The notes under the pieces: model-generated
The model's input: only the letters and a program-made list of their open reading frames with translations
Databases searched by the model: none
What the model was told of the DNA's origin: nothing
Assembly (NCBI GenBank): GCA_963819655.1
Contig: CAWFXA010000003.1
Span: 704,001 to 768,000, forward strand
Origin: an uncultured Chloroflexia bacterium
Lineage (GTDB): Bacteria; Chloroflexota; Limnocylindria; Limnocylindrales; CSP1-4
Direction: 5' to 3'
DNA length: 64,000 nt
Shown: positions 56,669-64,000 of the stretch, one piece after another
Numbering within the stretch: position 1 is the first letter of the stretch
Layout: each line of letters opens with the position of its first letter
Translations under genes and position numbers: made by a program

Positions 56669-58249
56669 TCAGGGGCGAAGCATCGATCGTCCGGTGATGG
56701 CCGGCCAGGGCGGCAGGTCGGCCAGTTCGAGGAGCGTCGGCGCGACGTCGGCCAGCACCCCGTCGGCGAGAACGCGGCCGGCCACGGAACGGCCGATCAG
56801 CACGAACGGCACGGGATTGAGCGAATGGGCAGTGACCGGCGCACCGTCCGCATCGCGCAGCTCGTCCGCGTTGCCGTGATCGGCCGTGATGGCCAGCAGC
56901 GCACCCGGCCCGTCCGGGTCGACCGCCTCGACGGCCTCGACGGCGTCGACGACCCGGGCGAGGCAGGTATCGATCGTGGCGAGCGCTTCGATCGTCGAGT
57001 CCCAGTCCCCGGTGTGTCCGACCATGTCGGGGTTGGCGTAGTTCGCGACGATGAAGTCGTAGCGACCGGAGGCGATCGACGCGACGAGGGCGTCGGTGAC
57101 GCCGGGTGCCGACATCGACGGCCGCAGGTCGTACGTCGCGACCTTCGGGCTCGGGATCAGCTCGCGGTCCTCGCCCGGGAAGGGCGCCTCGATGCCGCCG
57201 TTGAAGAAGTACGTCACATGGGCGTACTTCTCGGTCTCCGCCACGTGCATCTGGCGCCACCCGGCCTCGCTGAACGCCTGGGCCAGGGACCGCGCCGTCT
57301 CGGGCGGGAATGCGACGAGCACCGGCAGGCCCTCCTCGTATTCGGTCATGGTCACGACGAGGAGGTCCGACGGGGCCGGGCGACCCGACGGTGATGTCCG
57401 GTCGAAGCCGTCGAACCGCGGGCCGTCTGCGAGCGCATGCGTCAGCTGGCGCGCCCGATCCGCCCGGAAGTTCAGGTGGATGATCGGTTCGTGGTCATCG
57501 AGCGGGCCTTCGTGGCCGTCGACGACGGTCGGAACGACGAACTCGTCGGTCTCCCCGCGCGCGTATGCGGCTTCGATCGCCGCCACCGCCGACGATGCGT
57601 GGTGGTCGGCCTCAGCGTGGACGATCGCGTCGTAGCCGCGTTCGGTACGCTCCCAGCGCTTGTCGCGATCCATCGCGTAGTAACGGCCGCCGACCGAGGC
57701 GATCGACACGCCGGGGTGGACCGCCGCCAGTCGCGCCTCGAGATCGCGCATGAAGGCGAGGCCCGACGACGGCGGCGTGTCACGCCCATCGAGAAGCGCG
57801 TGGACAGCAAGGCGCGGGACGCCTTGGGCCGCGGCCAGCCTGGCGAGCGCGACGAGATGTCGATCGTTCGCATGGACACCCCCTGGGCCGATCAGCGTGA
57901 TGACGCGCAGCACCCCGCCCCTGTCTCGCGCTCGCTGCATGGCGGCGAGGAAGGCGGGACGTTTGTCGAACGAACCGTCGGCGATCGCGGCGTCGATGCG
58001 CGGCAGGTCCTGGAGCACCGGCCGCCCGGCGCCGAGGTTCAGGTGCCCCACTTCGGAGTTGCCCATCTGGCCGGGCGGCAGCCCGACCGCCTCCTCGGAT
58101 GCCCGGAGCGTGCTGTGCGGCCAGCGCGCCAGCAGCCCGCGCCAGGTCGGCATCGGGGCGGCGGCGATCGCGTCACCGGCCGGATCGCGCCCGATGCCGA
58201 AGCCGTCGAGCACGACCAGGACGATGGGTCGTGGTCTCGGGCGGGTCAC
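56669..58249 (-). CDS. gpmI: 2,3-BPG-independent phosphoglycerate mutase
   Basis: LVVLDGFG, MGNSEVGH, AETEKYAHVT, PDMVGHTG, TADHGN. Confidence 0.97.
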   Translation of the reverse strand: MTRPRPRPIVLVVLDGFGIGRDPAGDAIAAAPMPTWRGLLARWPHSTLRASEEAVGLPPGQMGNSEVGHLNLGAGRPVLQDLPRIDAAIADGSFDKRPAFLAAMQRARDRGGVLRVITLIGPGGVHANDRHLVALARLAAAQGVPRLAVHALLDGRDTPPSSGLAFMRDLEARLAAVHPGVSIASVGGRYYAMDRDKRWERTERGYDAIVHAEADHHASSAVAAIEAAYARGETDEFVVPTVVDGHEGPLDDHEPIIHLNFRADRARQLTHALADGPRFDGFDRTSPSGRPAPSDLLVVTMTEYEEGLPVLVAFPPETARSLAQAFSEAGWRQMHVAETEKYAHVTYFFNGGIEAPFPGEDRELIPSPKVATYDLRPSMSAPGVTDALVASIASGRYDFIVANYANPDMVGHTGDWDSTIEALATIDTCLARVVDAVEAVEAVDPDGPGALLAITADHGNADELRDADGAPVTAHSLNPVPFVLIGRSVAGRVLADGVLADVAPTLLELADLPPWPAITGRSMLRP

Positions 58250-59037
58250 CCAGTCAGCCCGCGCGCCCGGGCGGTGATCGCGGCCCGGGCGACGATGCCG
58301 GCCATCTCGTCGGGCTTGAGGGAGGCGCCGCCGACCAGCGCGCCATCGATCGACGGCTCGGCCATGAACTCGCCGATGTTCGCCGAGGTCACGCTGCCGC
58401 CGTACAGCACGGGCAGGCCGGCCCCGGTCTCGCCCCACCCGAGCCCATCGAGGGTCGCCCGGATGGCATCCACCATCGCGGCGGCGTCGATGCCGGTCGC
58501 ATTGCGCCCGGTGCCGATCGCCCAGACGGGCTCGTAGGCGATGACGAGACCGCCGTCCGCGGCGCCGGCCGCGTCGATGCCGTCGAGCGAGCCCCGGATC
58601 TGGGTATCGACGACCTCGATCGCCTGGCCGGACTCGCGTTCAGCCAGCTGCTCGCCGACGCAGAGGATCGGTCGCAGGTCCGCCTCGAGGGCGCGCGCGA
58701 CCTTGCGGGCGACCCGTGCGTCGGTCTCGTTTGCGTCGCGCCGCCGCTCCGAGTGCCCCACGATCACCCATGTGGCGAGCCCGACCAACATCGGCGCGGA
58801 GACCTCACCCGTATACGCGCCGGCGAGGTCCTGATGCACGTTCTGGGCACCGACGGCCACATCGTGGTCGTCCTCGGCCAGCGCGTCACGGACCGGCGCG
58901 AGGCACACGAACGGTGGACAGATGACCCGCGTCACGCCCGGCTCACGGGTCCGCGACGCGATCGTCCGGGCGAGGTCACCGGCATCGCTCGGTGTGGTGT
59001 GCATCTTCCAGTTCGCGGCGATCACGACCTCACGCAT
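58246..59037 (-). CDS. tpiA: Triosephosphate isomerase
   Basis: ANWKM, GHSERR, AYEPVWAIGTG, YGGSV, LVGGASL. Confidence 0.98.
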   Translation of the reverse strand: MREVVIAANWKMHTTPSDAGDLARTIASRTREPGVTRVICPPFVCLAPVRDALAEDDHDVAVGAQNVHQDLAGAYTGEVSAPMLVGLATWVIVGHSERRRDANETDARVARKVARALEADLRPILCVGEQLAERESGQAIEVVDTQIRGSLDGIDAAGAADGGLVIAYEPVWAIGTGRNATGIDAAAMVDAIRATLDGLGWGETGAGLPVLYGGSVTSANIGEFMAEPSIDGALVGGASLKPDEMAGIVARAAITARARGLTG

Positions 59038-59046
59038 GCGTCCGCA

Positions 59047-59862
59047 TCATGCCAGAGCGTTCTCGCGCGACCGTCGTCCTGGCGCCTGAGGGCGGGCGGG
59101 CTCTTCCTCGGCGAGACGCTCGATGCGTTCGAGGGCGCGCTGCACGGCCGACCGGTGGAGCTCGAGCCGTTCGGCCAGCTCGGTCAGGGTCGCCTCGGGC
59201 GTCTCGCGGCGCGCGTCGGCGACGAGCCGGACCACGTACGGCTGGTCCGGGAGTCGACCGTCGGCCGCGAGCTGCGCGATCGCGTCCAGCTGCCGACCGG
59301 CGGCGGCCACCGCGCGCTGGAGGTTCGCGGACTCGGCATTCAACACCCGGTTGAGCTCGCCGCGGAGGGCGCGCGAGACCTGTCGTGCCTCGAGCTCGAG
59401 CAGAGCGCCGGCCGCGCCGATACGGCGCAGGAACGTGCCGACCGCCTCGGCACTCTTCCAGGTCACGACGCCTCGACCGCGTCGGACGCGCCACGACGCC
59501 GGCAATCCGACCTCGGCTAGGCGGCCCGCGAGCGTGATGGCCTCGTCGGCGGGGACGACGAACTCGAGGTGGGTCCGGCCGCCGGCCAGGCTCAGCGAGC
59601 CCCGGGCAAGGAAGCGTCCGCGCAGCCAGGCCGTCCGGCAGTGCTCGGCCGCCGTCGCCCAGGCGAAGTCGGCGGTCGCGGCGGGATCATGCTCGCCGGC
59701 GCGGCGCAGCCGATGGACGAGGCGACTGACGGCCGGTTCACGCGACCCGACGTCCAGGCCGAGACCGGCCGCCTCGGCGAACCGGTCGCACGCGCGCGCC
59801 GGATCGATCGCCGCGAGCTCGTTCCGCAGCGCGGTCACGAGGTCGCGTTCGGAGCTGGTCAC
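59047..59862 (-). CDS. whiA: DNA-binding protein WhiA
   Basis: AWLRGRFLARGS, NRVLNAESANL, C-terminal HTH; follows rapZ-yvcK. Confidence 0.9.
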   Translation of the reverse strand: MTSSERDLVTALRNELAAIDPARACDRFAEAAGLGLDVGSREPAVSRLVHRLRRAGEHDPAATADFAWATAAEHCRTAWLRGRFLARGSLSLAGGRTHLEFVVPADEAITLAGRLAEVGLPASWRVRRGRGVVTWKSAEAVGTFLRRIGAAGALLELEARQVSRALRGELNRVLNAESANLQRAVAAAGRQLDAIAQLAADGRLPDQPYVVRLVADARRETPEATLTELAERLELHRSAVQRALERIERLAEEEPARPQAPGRRSRENALA

Positions 59863-59863
59863 G

Positions 59864-61207
59864 TCAGGCGGTCCGGGTCACGGTCCTGCGACGGGTCGCC
59901 GAGTCGCCTTCGTAGGCGCGCATCACCGCGGCGGCAAGGCGGGCAGGATCGTGGCGGTGAGCGTTGTCCGGGTCGACCACGTCGTCCAGCACGAGTCGCG
60001 GCGGCTGGGTCAGGCCGGCCGGCGGCCAGTGGATCCGGACCGTCTCGGCCTGCCAGCCGCTGGGGATCCGCGCATCGAACCGGTTGTTTGCGAGCACGAG
60101 ATCGACGATCCCCGGTGTCGTGTGCGCCGCGAGAGCCAGGACGTGAGCTGCCAGGTCGAGTCCCGCCGTCTCACCCTCCTGGGTAGCGACGTTGCACACG
60201 TATAGCCGCGTGGCACCCGCCGTCATCACCGCGTCGCGGATCGCGGGGATCAGCAGGCTCGGCAGGAGGCTGGTGTACAGACTCCCGGGTCCGATGACGA
60301 TCAGGTCCGCCTCGGCGATCGCGGTGAGCGCATCGTCCGACGCCCGGACGTCGTCCGGCGTGAGCCACACGCGCTCGATACCGGTTGTCCGCATGATCCG
60401 CGACTGGCCGTCCACGGTCGCCCCGGCCGACGTCCGCGCGTGGAGCGTCAGCGGCGTCGCGGTGACCGGCACGACCTGGCCGCGGACGGCCAGGATCCGG
60501 TTGATGCGGCGGACGCCCTCTTCGAAGTCGCCGCCCTCGAGCGCGGTCATCGCCGCGAGCAACAGGTTGCCGACGGCGTGACCGGCCAGTCCCGGTCCCT
60601 CGATCGCAGGCGTGCCCGGGCTGCCATCGGCGGCCGGGAACCGGTACTGGAGGAGCTCGCTCATGAGCGGTTCCGCATCGGCGAGTGCGGCGATGCAATT
60701 GCGGATGTCCCCGACCGGCGGGATGCCGAGCTCCTGGCGGAGGACGCCGGACGAGCCACCGTCGTCGGCGACTGTCACGACGGCCGTCAGGTTGCTGGTG
60801 TGCTCCTTGAGGCCGCGCAGCAGGGCCGACAGCCCGGTCCCACCGCCGATCGCGACGATCCGTGGCCCCTTCGCGAGGAAGCGCTTCTGGTAGATGACCT
60901 CGACAAGCGGCTGGTCGGCGTCGGGTGCCCGGAGAGGGTCGGTCATGACGCGGATGACCCGGTACGCGCCGAACGCCACGAGCCCCACCCCGACCACCCC
61001 GACGACCAGGCCGCGCAACGCGAACGGTAGGAACTGGAGCGTGATGACGTCGATCAGCAACGCGAACGGCCCGGCCGGCTCGAAGTCGCGGGTGACCTGC
61101 CGGATCATGTGGGCGAAGGCCATCGCCAGGAGGAGCAACCCCAGGAACACGACGAGCAGCCAGCGCTTGACGCCGATGCCGGGCGTCAGCCAGCGGCGGA
61201 GGTTCAC
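59864..61207 (-). CDS. yvcK: YvcK/GlmR family protein with N-terminal TM segments
   Basis: IGGGTGLS, VADDGGSSG, GDIRNC, GPGSLYTS. Confidence 0.93.
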   Translation of the reverse strand: MNLRRWLTPGIGVKRWLLVVFLGLLLLAMAFAHMIRQVTRDFEPAGPFALLIDVITLQFLPFALRGLVVGVVGVGLVAFGAYRVIRVMTDPLRAPDADQPLVEVIYQKRFLAKGPRIVAIGGGTGLSALLRGLKEHTSNLTAVVTVADDGGSSGVLRQELGIPPVGDIRNCIAALADAEPLMSELLQYRFPAADGSPGTPAIEGPGLAGHAVGNLLLAAMTALEGGDFEEGVRRINRILAVRGQVVPVTATPLTLHARTSAGATVDGQSRIMRTTGIERVWLTPDDVRASDDALTAIAEADLIVIGPGSLYTSLLPSLLIPAIRDAVMTAGATRLYVCNVATQEGETAGLDLAAHVLALAAHTTPGIVDLVLANNRFDARIPSGWQAETVRIHWPPAGLTQPPRLVLDDVVDPDNAHRHDPARLAAAVMRAYEGDSATRRRTVTRTA

Positions 61208-61223
61208 GCCGACGGGTCCCCGC

Positions 61224-62129
61224 TCATGTGCGGTCGAGCTCGCGATGGAAGACGGCGACCGGGCCCGTGTCGCGCTCGCGCAGCCAGGCCGCGACCTGCT
61301 CGGCGATCACGATGCTGCGGTGATAGCCACCGGTGCAGCCGATCCCGATCGTCAGGCGGGTCTTGCCCTCGTCGATGTAGGCCGGGATCGCGAAGTCCAG
61401 GAACTCCTGCAGCAGCTCGAGGAAGCGCCCGGTCATCGGCTGGTCCATGACGTAGTCGCGGACCTCCTCGGTCAACCCGGAATGGGGCCGCAGCTCGGGC
61501 ACGTAATAGGGGTTCGGGATGAACCGCACGTCGTACACCAGGTCCGCCTCGAGCGGCACCCCGAACTTGTAGCCGAAGCTGATCAGCTGGACGGCGAGCT
61601 GGTCGGGGCCGCTCGTCGTAGCGAGCTGCGCGAAGAGTCGCTCGCGCAGCTGACGAAGCGACAGGTCGGACGTGTCGACGATGACATCGGCCTCGGCGCG
61701 GATCGGATCGAGGAGCCGACGCTCCTCCGCGATCGAGCTCGCGATCCCACGCTCGTCGTTGAGCGGATGGCGGTGGCGAGTCTCGCTGAACCGCCGGATG
61801 AGGACGTCGTCGCGCGCCTCGAGGAAGACGATGCGCGGGACGATCCCGCGGCCCTCGAGCGCGCCGCGCATGGCCCCCAGCGCGAGCGCAGGGTCGCCGG
61901 CACGCACGTCGAGCACGATCGCGACGCGCGCGAACCGATCGTCGTCGTCGGCGACCAGCTCCGCGAGCTCCGGCAGCAACTCTCCGGGCAGGTTGTCGAC
62001 CACCATGTAATTGAGGTCCTCGAAGAGCTTGGCCGCGGCCGTCTTGCCGCCCCCGGAGAGACCCGACAGGATGACGACCGCCTGCTCGGCCGACCCCTCG
62101 GTCACCGGCTCGTCGGCCGTCTGCGTCAC
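61224..62129 (-). CDS. rapZ: RapZ/YvcJ family P-loop protein
   Basis: SGLSGGGKT, VDNLP, SFGYKFG, GCTGGYHRS. Confidence 0.95.
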   Translation of the reverse strand: MTQTADEPVTEGSAEQAVVILSGLSGGGKTAAAKLFEDLNYMVVDNLPGELLPELAELVADDDDRFARVAIVLDVRAGDPALALGAMRGALEGRGIVPRIVFLEARDDVLIRRFSETRHRHPLNDERGIASSIAEERRLLDPIRAEADVIVDTSDLSLRQLRERLFAQLATTSGPDQLAVQLISFGYKFGVPLEADLVYDVRFIPNPYYVPELRPHSGLTEEVRDYVMDQPMTGRFLELLQEFLDFAIPAYIDEGKTRLTIGIGCTGGYHRSIVIAEQVAAWLRERDTGPVAVFHRELDRT

Positions 62130-62896
62130 CGACCGGTCCGCTTGATGAATTGGATCGTCAGCTCATACAGGAGGTACATCGTGCCGCCGAGCACGAACGG
62201 GCTGACCAGGTCGCCACCGGGTGTCGCGACCGCAGAGAAGATCGCGATGCCGAGCAGGACGTACCGCCTGGACGCGCGCAGCCGTTCCGACGTGATGATG
62301 CCGACCCGCGACAGGCCCACGAGGAGGATCGGGAACTCGAGGACGAGGCCGAACGCCAGGAACATCGTGGTCACGAAATCGAAGTACGGGCCTGCAGCGA
62401 TATTCGCGACGAGCTTGTCGTCCGTGAAGCTCAGCAGGAAGGCCACCGCGTAGGGCAGCACGAGCCGGGCGATCCCTACACCCAAGGCGAAGAACACTAG
62501 GGCCAGCGGGATCCAGGGGCGGACCGCACGCCGCTCGGCGGGGGTCAGACCCGGTGCGACGAATGCCCAGACCTGGTAGAGCAGCACCGGCATGGCCAGG
62601 ATGATCCCGATGACGATCGAGATCCGGAGCTGGATCGCGAATGCGTCGCCTGGCCCAAGGACCTGGGCCTGGCCACCTGGCAGCGGCTGGAGCAGGAAAT
62701 CCCGGACATCCGTAGCGAAGTAGAACCCCACCGCCGAGCCCACGACGACCGCGAGGATGATGCGGAAGAGTCGGTCGCGCAGCTCGCCGAGGTGGTCGAC
62801 GAGCGACATGACCGACCCATCAGGGCCCGTCGCGGGAGGTGGGGATGGCGGGACGCCGGGGGCAAGCGTCTCGCGTAGGGCGTCGGCGTCTGCCAT
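62126..62896 (-). CDS. tatC: Twin-arginine translocase TatC
   Basis: MSLVDHLGELRDRL, WAFVAPGL...E, FGLVLEFP. Confidence 0.95.
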   Translation of the reverse strand: MADADALRETLAPGVPPSPPPATGPDGSVMSLVDHLGELRDRLFRIILAVVVGSAVGFYFATDVRDFLLQPLPGGQAQVLGPGDAFAIQLRISIVIGIILAMPVLLYQVWAFVAPGLTPAERRAVRPWIPLALVFFALGVGIARLVLPYAVAFLLSFTDDKLVANIAAGPYFDFVTTMFLAFGLVLEFPILLVGLSRVGIITSERLRASRRYVLLGIAIFSAVATPGGDLVSPFVLGGTMYLLYELTIQFIKRTGR

Positions 62897-62917
62897 CAGG
62901 CGCGTGCGACGCCGACC

Positions 62918-63160
62918 CTAGTTCGTGCGCGACGCGGGCTCGCTCGGGGCGGCAGGCGCGTCGGCCGAGGAGGCGGCCGGCGGGTTCGCGATGGGTGAGG
63001 TGTCGACCTTCACCGAGTCGCTCAGGTCCGAGGAGGCCTTGCGGAACTCGCGGATGCTCTTGCCGAGCGCCGAACCGACGTCCGGCAGCTTGCCCGGCCC
63101 AAGGATGAGCAGCGCGATCACGAGGATGATGATGAGTTCGACGGGTCCAGGCATCGGCAT
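62918..63160 (-). CDS. tatA: Twin-arginine translocase TatA
   Basis: ELIIILVIALLILGPGKLP...LGKSIREFRK. Confidence 0.95.
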   Translation of the reverse strand: MPMPGPVELIIILVIALLILGPGKLPDVGSALGKSIREFRKASSDLSDSVKVDTSPIANPPAASSADAPAAPSEPASRTN

Positions 63161-63196
63161 GGTGGAAGGTCCTCTTGAGCGGGTGAACCGCGGCGG

Positions 63197-64000
63197 CTAG
63201 GGTAGCACAGGGAGTCTGGCGGCCCATGCGGCGGCGGCCGCCGCAAGACGTTCCGCCGGGTCCCCGGGACCGGGCTCCATGGCGGCCTCGGCGATCCCCC
63301 GCGAGACATTGACGAGCAGTCCCCCGCCGGTCCCTGCCGACCCCGGGTCGGCGGCTGCCGGGCCGTGGCGCAACACGGGGTCGATCGCCCCACCCTGGGC
63401 GCCGATGCCGGGCACCAGGAACGGCAGCCCGGGCGCGATCGCACGGATCGTCGCGAGCTCCTCGGGCGCGGTCGCACCGACGACCAGGCCGACCGTGCCG
63501 CCCGGTCCCCACCCGGTCGCGAGCCGGGCGACGCGCTCGTGCACGCGTTCGCCGCGGGCGCCCGTGGCGTCGTCCGGAATCAGCTCCAGGTCCTGTACCT
63601 CGCCGGCGCCCGGGTTCGACGTCCGGCACAGGACGTAGGCGAAGCGATCGACTCGGTCGAGGAGTGGCGCGATCGCGTCCGCGCCGAGATACGGGCTGAC
63701 GGTCACGGCGTCCGCACCCAGGGCGTCGAACAAGGCCACGGCCTGTCGGGCGGCGGTCGTCCCGATATCGCCGCGCTTGGCGTCCATGACGACCGGGATG
63801 TCGGCCGGGATGCGCGCGCGCAGGCGTTCCAGGGCGGCCAGACCGGCCGATCCGAATGCCTCAAAGAATGCGAGGTTCGGTTTGACCGCGGCCGCGACAG
63901 GCGAGGCCGCCTCGAGGATGAGTTCGGCGAATCGCTCGACGCCGGCGAGGTCCGGGGAGAAACCTTCCGGCAGGGCGTCAGGATCCGGGTCCAGCCCGAC
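63197..64000 (-). CDS. pyrF: Orotidine-5'-phosphate decarboxylase, 5'-truncated by window edge
   Basis: VGLDP, KPNLAFFE, DAKRGDI, RTSNP, GLVVGAT, LVPGIGAQGG. Confidence 0.95.
   Translation of the reverse strand, partial: VGLDPDPDALPEGFSPDLAGVERFAELILEAASPVAAAVKPNLAFFEAFGSAGLAALERLRARIPADIPVVMDAKRGDIGTTAARQAVALFDALGADAVTVSPYLGADAIAPLLDRVDRFAYVLCRTSNPGAGEVQDLELIPDDATGARGERVHERVARLATGWGPGGTVGLVVGATAPEELATIRAIAPGLPFLVPGIGAQGGAIDPVLRHGPAAADPGSAGTGGGLLVNVSRGIAEAAMEPGPGDPAERLAAAAAAWAARLPVLP

Noticed and set aside
59047-59862. Homing endonuclease
   Set aside because: The LAGLIDADG-like motif belongs to domesticated WhiA in its usual operon.

Overview
High-GC (roughly 70%, estimated by eye) bacterial chromosome segment. 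Gene content and order suggest Chloroflexota, possibly Limnocylindria/Ellin6529-like; this assignment is inference. Bases 1-35 kb and 54-64 kb are core housekeeping genes, mostly on the minus strand: ftsY-smc-rnc-acpP-nusB-plsX-rpmF, coaD-rsmD-recG-fakA, rpmB, dtd-rpe-rlmN-fmt-def, priA-gmk-rluD-lspA-ileS, ilvE, rpsF-ssb-rpsR, secG-gpmI-tpiA-whiA-yvcK-rapZ-tatCA-pyrF. Bases 36.5-54.2 kb form an accessory belt around three tRNA loci (8 tRNAs). It holds two ECF sigma/beta-propeller pairs, a class III cyclase, an ArsR-MFS-FAD oxidase operon, a trypsin-like protease, lemA-htpX and an ATP-grasp enzyme. The best candidate for something undescribed is a ~0.63 kb protein-free insert bracketed by tRNA-Val and a duplicate of its 3' end. 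It carries a ~360-nt highly base-paired region that resembles, from memory only, IS110-family non-coding ends (bridge RNA-like). Other notable points: two genes that appear to start at ATA and ATC, an IleRS2 with the GVHH signature, an Rpe with an extra C-terminal domain, and many apparently leaderless or bidirectional promoters. No CRISPR array, rRNA, integrase or transposase was seen.
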